Assembly (NCBI GenBank): GCA_002104905.1
Contig: MCFE01000440.1
Span: 10,275 to 74,274, forward strand
Direction: 5' to 3'
Origin: Basidiobolus meristosporus CBS 931.73
Lineage: Eukaryota; Fungi; Basidiobolomycota
DNA length: 64,000 nucleotides
The position numbers and the translations under genes are program-made. How positions within the stretch are numbered: the stretch's first letter is position 1; each line of letters begins with the position of its first letter. Below, one piece after another: positions 13,101-23,682 of the stretch. The notes under the pieces were generated by a model. It was not told the origin of the DNA. It worked only from the letters and a program-made list of their open reading frames with translations, and ran no database searches.

Positions 13101-14599
13101 ACTATTTCAGGGAGCATATAACATTCATGTCTGCTTTGAGTGCACTTTTGATGCATTACACCATAGCACTAATCTCCCCTCAGCCTGGAACAAGACTCCT
13201 GACCAAGCCTTTGAGTTGCTCTGCAAACTGCTCTTACCTTATCTTACCCAGACTTTGCCAAGCCCTATGTTGTTCCTACAGGTGCATTCAATCTTGGTTA
13301 GGGGCAGTCCTTTACCAGGAAGACAGCCAAAATCTGCTTCACTGTATCTCTTTTCAAGCCAGATCTCTACAACCTGCTGAGAGAAGCTACTCTGCCACCA
13401 AGAAGGAGCTACCTGCCATAGTCTTTGCCATGTGAATTTCATGAGTATATATGGGATAGTACCTTTACCTTGTACACTGACCACCATGCCCTTGTCTATA
13501 TGCACACTCAAAATACTCTAACTCCAATGCTTACCAACTGGCTTGATACTCTACTTGATTATGGTCAAAAAGCTACACACTGCCCAGGAATTCTCAACAT
13601 CCTGCCCAACTACCTTTCAAGGCATTTTCCAACTTCTCATTAGGAGGGACATGTGATTACTGACATATTCAACAAGCTCATTACAGCTTCTGAAATAAAT
13701 CCTCAACTGGATTCCGCAACTTGGGAAATGCCACCTGCAGATGAAAGGAAAACATTGATACAGAGAACTCACTTATTTGACTACTTTGAAATTGGCACAC
13801 TAATGAAAAAGCTACCCTATGATGGATATGACTGGCCAAATACTACAGCTGACTGCCTAGTATTTGTCAAGTCTTGCAGTGAATGGCAACTTACAACATC
13901 AGTCACCACAAACTTCACCCTTTGAGTCCCATCCATGAAAGCCATCATATGGGTCTTATTGCAATTGATATAGCTGGACCTTTAACAACTAATGTCAGTG
14001 GTAATCATTGCCTCTATGTAATTGTAGATGTCTGCAAATGTTTTGGCTTCATAAATGCTATCCCAAACAAGCATACTGCCACTACTGCACAAGTACTATT
14101 CAAGCTCTCATGCCTCTTTAAATTCTCCAAGGTCATTCTATTAGATAATGGATCTGAATTTGTGAATCATCTGATCAAAGCCCTTTGCCAGAATAGCACC
14201 ATTGATGACTGTATGATCACTCTATATCATCCCAAACCTAATTGACCTGCTGAAAGACATGTTGAGACCTCAGTGAGCATCATCAGGATATCTATCAAAG
14301 ATATCAAGAAGAACTGGGACAAGTATGCTCCCACTGTACAGTATGCCACCAACACCAAAATTGCTGCTCTACATAGATCAATGCCATTTTCTGTGATGTT
14401 TAGAAAAAAGACTTGTTCCATTGGATAGTGTCACATAGTGCCAGCATATTTATAGTGCTGGATTGATCTGGCACTGTAAGGCACTATCTGGCACTGAATT
14501 TCTACCATAATGCCAGTGGTAGGATAAAGTTACTGGAAATTTTTCAATCTTACTTATGTTGATCAGAATAGTGCATTTGTTACTTTATTTACTCTTCAT

Positions 14600-15551
14600 A
14601 ATGCTCCAGACACATTTCTCTCAATGGATGTCTTCTTGTATGAATATACAGTGCATTGATAAGTATCTTAACTATTTTGCCTATTTTGCTGTTTTCTCCT
14701 ATATATGACTTTCATCTGCATTTACCTGCCAACATGCTGAATCTCTTCAGATATCCAAATGTATGCTCTACCCTCACTCTGAAATGATTAAATACCTCAT
14801 TGTAGAGCTTCTGCTTCCTGCTAAGAACATCATTCCTTGGCTTCCTATATGCTGTAATACATCCTAATCTCTAACAATCCTCTCCTATATAAGCTAAATC
14901 TGTAATATGTTTTTCCCCTCTACTGAATTATGGATGATGCTTGGCCCAGAGTGCTTTGTCATGCCTACTTCCAGCAAATGGCCCACTAAACCAGATGATG
15001 TTACACTCAATGTCAGACAGTGCTTGAAATGTCACACAGTGTGCCTTATACTATCCAGAATAAAAGTGCCTCTGCCCTTTAGAAGGTCTGCTAATCCTGA
15101 CTGGGAAGGTATTCAAAGTATTCCTTATATGGAGCCTGTTGCTGAACACTCTGGGATATGGAAGTCTATTGGAGCTTCTGAGCCTAGTATTCCAAGCTTG
15201 CTCTAAGTCATTCATACCCCCTGCAAGGTGGTTCTCCATTGCTGTCAGCCAGGAATGAAAGCTTCTAGGACCTTTGTTGCCATGGATGGTGGGATGGAGC
15301 CATGTGGGGCAATAGTACTTTTAATAGCACAGAAGCTTAACAAGGGATCTCCTTGAGTAGATTGGGGTAGATGGTCCACAGTACTTGGTATAGATCTCCT
15401 CTAGTGTGTCAAAAGGAAATCCAGTGGTAGTGATGGGACTGATGAGAAAAGACCATTCACTTGAGTAAGTCATTCTAAAATTGGTATGTGATTGGGCTAA
15501 GGTGAATTGAATTAATTTGGTGCAATCAGCTTTATTCATCAGATTTTCCAT
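14600..15551 (-). pseudogene. DDE_Tnp_4 (IS5/Harbinger-like) transposase relic
   Basis: Hand translation: LNTFPVRISRPSKGQRHFYSG*YKAHCVTFQ...WFSGPFAGSRHDKAL...TDLAYIG...KPRNDVLSRKQKLYN...RVRVEHTFGYLKRF. Several in-frame stops. Confidence 0.88.
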
Positions 15552-15964
15552 GCATTATGATTAAATCTGCATCAATTACCACAAGCTCCATCATTGTGTT
15601 GCAAAAAGCATTATCAAACAATTGACTTGGCATTTTTATTGATGCTTTACTCACAAGTTTATAATCAAATAGGAAATCTGCAAATTATCTGATTCAATTC
15701 ATGTCAATGCAATCTAAGATGCATCATGCATAATATATGGAAAACTCAATAATCACGTTGGTTTTCATATATATTTCATATAAGACCAGGTTGATGCTAA
15801 TACACTACTGTATAAGTATCCAAATCTGTTACTATGGTCCCTATACCAAGTCTCAACTCATCTTTAGTACAACCCAGACAAAACCCATCCCCTAGCTCAC
15901 AGCACAGTCTGGACTGGAGAAGTCAATGTTGGATCTGTTTGAGTTCTTGCCAAATGATTTTAGT

Positions 15965-17080
15965 ATGACCCAAGTGTCTATGATGAGCCTTCATACAGAT
16001 ATTTGAGCACTACTCATTAATCTAGCAGAACTAGATACCTCAGAGAGTCAACAAAGATGGAAGAACCTGAGTTGAAAGCTGTGGCATGAGTTCTACATCA
16101 AGGTGCCAGTGGATGTATGTAAGAAGATATATAACAAGACATGTATTGAACTCAAGCATGAGCTGATAGTGAGGGGATTTGATGAGGAGGCTGTGTGAGA
16201 GCAATTTTGCCTGCAATTTGCACAGTACAGGCCGGATGTGTCCATTTGTGCCTCCACTTTAGGAACTAAAGAAATTTTGAATGAGTTTTTGCCTCAAATC
16301 ATCAATGTATTGCATAATATGTTAGTAGAGCTAAGTGGCTTCTGAGAGCAATATACACAGGACTTGTCCAGGCAACAGTACCAAAGTATTAGGCAGAGGG
16401 TAAGTGAATACCTTGAGGAATCGGAAGGTGAGCTTCAAGATGAAGAATACAGACCACAAGCAATAACATCTAGATTGAGCCAGCATGCCTGGCTGGATTC
16501 CTTACCATCCCTTGCAACTTCAACATGCAGGTGCATGTCAGTCCAAACTATGCCAGCACCCTTCACAAGAGTGCCCTGCATTGAGTCAATGTGTGTTGGG
16601 TCAACTTGCATGCTTCAGAGCAAAACCACCAGAACTTGCCAAACTGCCCATTTAGACACAGGTCCATTGGAGCAGATCAAGATGCATCAACAAGCAGCAT
16701 CACATCAAACTCAGCCAAGGGTCATGCCAGTGCATCAAGTTGTGCCTGCATGTGCCATTACACCTGACCATCAGTAAGTTTCTTCTGGTAAACTGACTGA
16801 TAATGGCTTACATGAAGTGCCTCCACCACCAGAGCCTTTGGCAAGTAAAAGAGCATGTCAGCACAAAGCACTACAGGCCAGTTCAGTAGCATTATCTAGA
16901 GCAATTAAGCATGGCCATGCTGCAGCATTGCACTCATCAACCAGGAGGCAAAATACTGACTACCTATACACAAGCAGCCAAGAGGATAATCAACAAGGAA
17001 GTAATTTAAGTGTGGAAAGAGAATCACTACCAAATGCTTCAGTAGTAATTCCTATGAGAAAAAAACCTAGGAGAAGATGA
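15965..17080 (+). pseudogene. Second, divergently oriented ORF of H0 (accessory protein, no domain recognised)
   Basis: Long reading frame broken by isolated TGA stops (...QRWKNLS*KLWHEFYIKVP...EAV*EQF...). Continues into ORFs 16364-16777 and 16817-17080. Confidence 0.5.
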
Positions 17081-18100
17081 TGCAATTGCATTGAATTGCT
17101 ATTATTTGTCATGAGCCAATCAACGCATTTTTTTGCAATCCAAATCAAGCCATTGCATATCAGTGCTCACTATATTTTTGACATAAGCAATACTGAGGTT
17201 GTCTCACATTTGCAACAGAACCCTTATAAACAAACACCCCGCATATTTATATATATATCTTCTGTAACACCAGTGCAGCCATTTGATCTATTTTGCACCT
17301 ATTCAATCAGTTGCATGCTTGCTATGACACCTTGTCCAGTCACTAGGATCAGGGATTTACTTGCTCAAAGGCAAAATGGGATATAAGATGGCAAATCAGG
17401 TAGCTGGTGTATTGGTCAAAGAGCCAATTGGGGGCTGATAGCTTCAGCATACTTTTGAACCAGTTAACCACTGAGATACCATCCTATTGGAGTGATGGTA
17501 ACCAAAATGGTAAGTATCAGTGTAGTTATAGTCTGATGCGCATTTATTTCCATTTACATTAAAGAAACACACAAAAATACCAGATTTTACCTACCTTAAT
17601 AGCGGTATTCAATCATGCACATGATGCAAACATTACAAGTTGGTGCAATCATCCGTGCCAACCTCATTGTGTCAGATTGTGCCATAGTATGCAAAATTGT
17701 CCCACCTGGTGCAAAATCGTCCAAGAGCAATCCTGCCTATTGGTAGCTGTAATATTGCGCCTGATTGTTCTTAGAGACCACAGATCATGCTGCGCACTCT
17801 GGCACAGTACAATGGAGCAAGTCTAAAGATTCAACCACTTTGGAGACTTCCAAGATACAGAGTTAGCCCATATGAAGACAGATAAGCTAAAGAACCAACT
17901 TCAGTACCTTGCCAACATAGTCTACCCTGCTATCAGTGCCAGATGTAAAGCCTCTCAGCAAAAGATGACTTTAAATTATGCCTCAAGACACAAGAACAGC
18001 ATCATCCCTGATGGGTTCTATGTCATAAAGCTGGATCCAGTCCAACAATATAAACTTGACTGTAAATATGAAGGCCTATTACCCAGTAACTTTGAAATTC

Positions 18101-18243
18101 TATGAAGTTGTGGCTATTGTGGACCATAAGGAGAGGAATCAATCTGCCTCTATTTAGTAAAGTAGAAAGGTTATGATTCCAAACACAGCACCTGGGAACT
18201 TTATACCAACTTTGAAGACGTTGCCATTGTTGTTTGTTATTGG
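18101..18243 (+). pseudogene. Chromodomain at the C-terminus of the G1 integrase (one frameshift, W>stop)
   Basis: Translates as YEVVAIVDHK... then YLVK*KGYDSKHSTWELYTNFEDVAIVVCYW, matching the YLVKWKGY...TWE chromodomain pattern. Confidence 0.85.
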
Positions 18244-18331
18244 AGCTGGAGGGGAACACAGAAGGCATCACAAAACTCCTCCTGTGAGAGGAAGAGATGT
18301 TGTGCATCAAGATTTAAAGCTTGGCCAGTTT

Positions 18332-20305
18332 GTGTACATTGATTGGCTATTGCCTCTTTTTCACACTCCTTACTTCCTGACTCAACTGTTTCTCTTACTT
18401 TTGATGAGTACAAGTTGATTTATTTCCATTGAATCTTCAGTTGTACTTCAATTGCCAATTGTATTAACTTATACAAGTCCCTATACCCTAAACTAACATT
18501 AAGCTCAACCCTACACTCAGCAAGTAACTCTATTAAGATCCACTGCTCAGTAAGTATTTCTGCAGTAATGCTCTGTTTGCATGACTTTGGCAGGGACCCA
18601 ACAGATTTATGCCACTGTTCATTCACTGGTTCCCACACATCCAGGTCTTCAGATAGCACTGCAAGGTCTAGCACCTCATCAGCCAGACTTTGCATTAAAT
18701 CTGTGAAATATTCAAGTGCATTTCTTGAGCACTGCTCTTGAAGAAGTTCTTCAACCTCTTGGTGTGCCTATTAATGTTCCTAAATTTCACTGAAGGCAAT
18801 GTGATAGTCTTTTGAGTTCTTGATGTTGTAGCTTTGTCTTTCAGTGGGATCTCCACTATGTCGGCAATGCAGGACATGGAGGCTGTGGTAGACAAATTAC
18901 CCTTCCCTGCAAACTCATCAACCTCAGTGGAGTGTAGCTCAACTGCCTGCACTTCCAACACATGTGAAAGCAGCTGTTTTCTTGTTGATAATTCATCTTG
19001 GCTATGATGGTATTCATTCTGTTTTGGGCTAACAATGTCAGTTGGCACAAACTGCCTTTTTTTGCATGCTTCCCTGTCTCAGGCTTGGGCAGACTTATTT
19101 CACTTTACCTTTTCCCATATGACTGCCAGGTCTTTCACTGCTACTTTGTCTGAGTGCTTCTTGTAATGAACTACATTTTCTCCTTGATAAATGCTTCTCA
19201 GATGCATCTGCTTTGGACTGCTTGTCCCTTACTGGGACTCTTCTGGCAACCTGATGTTTCTTTACCACTTGTTTTGAGTTCTCAGTGGTAGTTGTGATAG
19301 GCTCCTGAGAAAGCCACTGGTTTTTATCACTGCCAGGTCCTTCTCTACTACTTTGACTGAGTGCTTCTTGAGTGGTACAATGCTTTTTCCTTGATAAATG
19401 TTGTGCTGGTGCATCTGTGTCCACCTGCTTGTCCCTTATTTGCACACTTCCAGCTACCTGACATATCTTTGATGGTTGTTTGAAGCCTTTGGCCCTGCTT
19501 GTAACAAGCTCTTGAGGAAGCTGCTGGCTTTTAGCCACGGCACCCTTTTTCTTGTGCCTCTGATAGTTTCTGATATTCTTAAGATACTTTGTTGGCATAC
19601 CAATGCTGGCCCAAAATCCATGTGTATGTTTGAATCAAGGATAATGCTGTTGGAACAAGTCAGCTAAATTCTGCTTGTCCTTGAGTCCCAGATGGTCCCA
19701 TGGTATGCTAGCCTTAGGGTGATGGTGTGCTAGACTTCTGATGGCCTCCTGAATACTAGCCCACTCTTCATTATTACACTCAACAGCTTCACAGATCCTC
19801 AATTTCTTTTGATTTTTAGGCTTTGGTATAAACACTGCATCAAATCCTTCCCATGCCACAATAGGGTTTTCTGTGGGCTTTATCTTTGGGCACTGTTGTT
19901 GTGCTTTAAAGACTGTAAGGTGTTCCTCTGCTGTCACATTGGGAAGTGGCTCAATTCTTGGCTCTGACATTGAGCTACTTGAGTTCCTTCCTTGCAGCAA
20001 AGATACTGCTTTCTCTATCTGAGATATTAATTACTCTACATGTATTATCTGCTTATCCTGTTTCTGGATTATTTCCTGATCTCTCTGGGCCATTGCATCT
20101 GTCCTGTCAGCCACTGCAACTAATTGCTTCAGTAACGCTTTGGTATGAGCTGACAACATACTTGCTAATATGGGTGGTGGTGATGTTATGATAGCCACTT
20201 ACTGGTCTTCAACTGAAGGTACTGCATTTTCTACACTCTCATCTGCCTGAGCATAATGGTCAGCATGTGGCTCTGCAGAAGTTCTCAATGGCCTAGTGGA
20301 CTAAG
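18332..20305 (-). mobile_element. Family C copy C1 (CMC-associated accessory ORF relic)
   Basis: ORFs 19635-20000, 19095-19598, 18695-19048 and 18420-18695 are colinear with plus-strand copies at 33.3-34.3, 36.8-38.7 and 40.2-43.4 kb. Confidence 0.75.
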
Positions 20306-20667
20306 AGGCTCATAACCTGTTGTAAGAGTCTTGGAGATATTGGAAGTGATTTGGAAGTACAAGTAGAATATGTGGTTTCACTTAATGCTTTGCTCAATGT
20401 TTAAGTAGTATTTAAAACTTTTACATGATCTTGGCATAACAAGCATGCAGAATAGGCTTGGGAAGGGCCCAAGAGCGTGTGTGTAAGGCTTAGGGCTGTT
20501 TGGACAGCTATGAGAATTTTCATGTTCTGGGTACCTGGTGTTTTTGTGAAAATATTCCAAGTAAATCCCAAAAAGAAGTTTGGCCAGTATTCTCTAGGAT
20601 TTGAAGGTAATGATCCAAGTGACTAAGTTAAGTGAATATTTAGGTGGAACTGCAAATCTTTACACCA
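20306..20667 (-). repeat. Family A LTR (20318-20667) with its PBS, without gag
   Basis: 350-bp LTR followed on the minus strand by GGTTATGAGCC, then directly by family C sequence. Confidence 0.88.
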
Positions 20668-20899
20668 GTTTTCACAGATATTTTAAGCATCTATTGCCAA
20701 ACTACACTTAAGTGTGGCACATAAACTTTTGGAGGAAGGTATTACCCCTACCACACCCTCTGTGCCCTGCACTGTGAGCAGAGTAGAGGCTCCACTTGTT
20801 AGAAGAGTAGCAATGTAAAGAACTCAGAGGTTTCTGACAATGTAAGTGGTGAGGTTTGTAATGTTTTGTGAACACTAAGAGTTTGCCATACTTCTTCCA

Positions 20900-21250
20900 G
20901 AGCAGCACCAAAGAAAATGCACCTGTGTACTGCAGGTATTGATCAGAAAGACTGGAAGACAATTTGCTTGATCTTGCACTGCCAGCTGCAGAATTGGACA
21001 TGAGGAAACATGTGAGAACACAACAGTATAATGCATCAGGGTTACTACAAGAGAAATTTGCACAGGATGTTATGGCAGTGGCAATTGATGAATGGTGGAT
21101 TTTTATGGAGTTACTTGTTTTGTGTAAGGTTGGGCTCAATGACAGTATTGGTTATAATCAGTTGCATATGCCAGTACAATCTATAATTGAGTGCCATTTA
21201 ATAATACAGTGAAAGCAGACTAATTCATATCATCAAAAGTGAGTATACCG
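20900..21250 (+). repeat. Diverged fragment of the family C ORF 3' part
   Basis: ORF 20964-21212 (LDLALPA...EWWIFMELLV...GYNQL) is homologous to 38401-38649 and 43150-43356. Confidence 0.65.
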
Positions 21251-21695
21251 GTAGAGTCTGAAAGTAAGATGAGTGAAATGGATGCAATAGCCAATTAATA
21301 TATAGAGATATAGGAGATGATTGATGGTTAAAGATAAGAAAGTGAGAGAAATGGCAGAGGATCAATCAAAAGAAATATAAAGACAATTCAGATGAGTGAC
21401 CTCAACTGAGGTTTTTGGAAAATCTGAGGTCCGTTTTTGCCCAAGGGCTTTGACCTAGTATCCCAACAGCATCTATACCTCTGAGTATAGTAATTCAAAT
21501 CCTCAAATATACATCTTTTATTACCATACTTATGAAATCATCTGTTAATCATCCCAACTATACTTCCATGGGTAGTTTACTTTCCCCCAATTGTACAAGC
21601 ACTTTAATTCAGCTCTGTATAAGTAGAGCATCTGTAGGTAGTTGGGCCTGTACTGAAGTAACAGCAGTAAACATATATCAGGCAGTTGTAGGGCA

Positions 21696-21999
21696 CCCTA
21701 GGAAAAAAAATTAAGAGAAGGCCAGGAAAATACCCTCATGATATCAGCTGAATTCCAAGTTTCTCAAAATTGACAACTCTCAGTATCTCTGTTGTTAGCT
21801 GATGGGCAGGCAAGCAAACAAATTCTCCAGGAGCAGATTGGGTCAACTAGCATCCATGCCAAATTTGGTAATTAGCTGCCCATTACTTCCATCAAAGATT
21901 GCATTTGAAATTTTGAACCAAAAACACCAGCTGAATACCAGCAAAATACCAGACAAAAATCAGATGAATTCCAAGTTTGAGATAGTTGGATCCCGTGGG
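21696..21999 (+). repeat. Family D MITE copy at the edge of the second gene island
   Basis: CCCTAGGAAA start, colinear with 9845-10163, ends near tcccgtggg. No clear TSD. Confidence 0.65.
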
Positions 22000-23472
22000 G
22001 TGATTTGCTAGCTTAACGCAACCAGTGATGAAAGGAAAGCCAAGAGACTTGAAGCTGGCTGGATCGATCCGAGCCAAGTGATGTACTGACCCAGAGCAAA
22101 GGACTCTTGAGCAAGCCTTTCAGAGATAGCCATGAGGATTTCAGGTGAGAGCCATTATCATGTAGTAGATGGGGACTTTTTAGCAATATGTCGTGGTACA
22201 AGAAAATAGCGAGATTGCTTTTGAATAATCCTCGTCTGGGCACTGGGCAAACAGCAAATCCAACCTGACACATGAAATGCCGGATGTCAGAAGAAACAGT
22301 TTCGGCCCAAAGATGTTGGTTGTAGTCAGCGGGTACTGACTCCATCTCATCTCATGCCCCCGTACTTTCGTAGAAAGGTGTCGTAGATGTTGCGAGGAGC
22401 TCTCAACCTTGCACATGCTTCGGTAGGAAATGGCTCATTGAGCTTGTTGCGCAGCTTGTAGCGCTCCGCCAACCGGATGCTCTAAAGCGGATGCACAATC
22501 AAGTATTCAAGGGGATACCAGGGCACGGATATACATTACATAATCCAGGGAAGGCGTGGAAAAGCGTCATCATGGTGGATCCCTTGTTGGGCCGGATCAC
22601 CATGTTACGATGCAGGACTTTCCTCAGTGTTCCCCTATCGTTCCCAAGGTTCCCTCCAAGCCCTTTCCTAGATACGTACTACATCGCGGACAGGCACCAG
22701 CGGTGTACGAAAATAATATCCGGTGTTGCTACACACGAGCTGCTCCAAATCCACAAACATTGCTTCAGCCGGAGGTGATTACAGGGTGACAACCGGTTCG
22801 CAACTCCATCAAAATCCACTCCGATCACGGGGATTGGTTGACAACGTGGATCCGAACGACGCTTGGGGTGATCCCAGATATCACCGGCCGACGGCATGTC
22901 AGGGCGAGCAAGATTACATAAGCTCGCCAATCATCAAAATTGCTATTGATACTGTGCTACACACATCATTTGCGCTGACTTCTCTGTTGAAGGTTTGGTT
23001 GGAATCTGATTGTAACCAGCGGGGCAATTCTGGGATAGATATTCCCTAGGCTTGTTCATCGTGGCACCGGATAAGCTTGTGCTTCTCAGGGTGGGACGAC
23101 CAATCATGTGATTTCATTTACCGAACTTCTGTCCTGCATGGTCATCCCATGATTTGCTAGTGACATCGCTGCTAGCCCAATGGGGGTCGCCGAATCCATG
23201 ACAATTCTCCATTTGTAACCGAGGAGCCATCTTATGGCCAGTGACCAATCATTTACTGACACTAATGGTCCGCAAGTGGACACAGCCAAATGGAGAATTC
23301 GATAATGATAGTCGAACCTTGTGTAGATTTGAAGTTGGTAAGGGCAGCAACTCCACTGGATTTATTGATGAATGATTGGTAATGAAATGACTATCTATAA
23401 GTGCAACTTGACTTTTGCTTCAAGCATAGAGTTAGGGCTGGGGTCTAGGAACGAATGCTGAGAACTGGGTGC

Positions 23473-23682
23473 TTATTCATCCGAGGGGACGTTGAAAACC
23501 TTGTCGGTGGGCAAGGTGAGCTTGACGAGGCCGAAGATGAACAAGGCGCCACCGGCCATGGAGACAGAGGGGACGAGGATGTTCTTGTTCTTGAAGGATT
23601 GGTTGGCGCCGTGGGAGGCAAAGCGGCGCATGACGGGAGCGCGGATGGTTTGGGCTTGGACACGAGCGACGGAGGAGAACAT
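23473..23682 (-). CDS. 69-aa putative mitochondrial single-pass membrane protein
   Basis: ATG in CTAACCATG context within ORF 23473-23865. Arg-rich, acid-free N-terminus ending RRFASH (presequence-like), one hydrophobic segment ILVPSVSMAGGALFIFGLV, and C-ending codon bias as in the transporter. Confidence 0.75.
   Translation of the reverse strand: MFSSVARVQAQTIRAPVMRRFASHGANQSFKNKNILVPSVSMAGGALFIFGLVKLTLPTDKVFNVPSDE

Larger units (their letters stand above)
14409..17824. mobile_element. Decayed two-ORF PIF/Harbinger (PHIS) DNA transposon H0, 3416 bp, inserted in the G1 integrase, TSD AAA
   Basis: Left end AGACTTGTTCCATTGG, right end CAATGGAGCAAGTCT. Removing it and one AAA restores integrase frame M-F-R-K-R-F-N-H-F-G-D-F. 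Confidence 0.88.
10168..18331 (+). mobile_element. Decayed chromoviral Ty3/gypsy element G1 (5' LTR 10168-10865; gag-PR-RT-RH-IN-chromodomain; 3' LTR only 18298-~18331), interrupted by H0
   Basis: Fragmented protease (YVAILDIG), RT (WRQQYSI...FNSPL, KLDLKDA), RNase H (ERSYSATKKEL, TLYTDHHAL) and integrase (IAIDIAGP, LDNGSEFVN). A purine tract and TGTTGTGCATCAA at 18298 match the LTR start at 10168. Confidence 0.88.
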
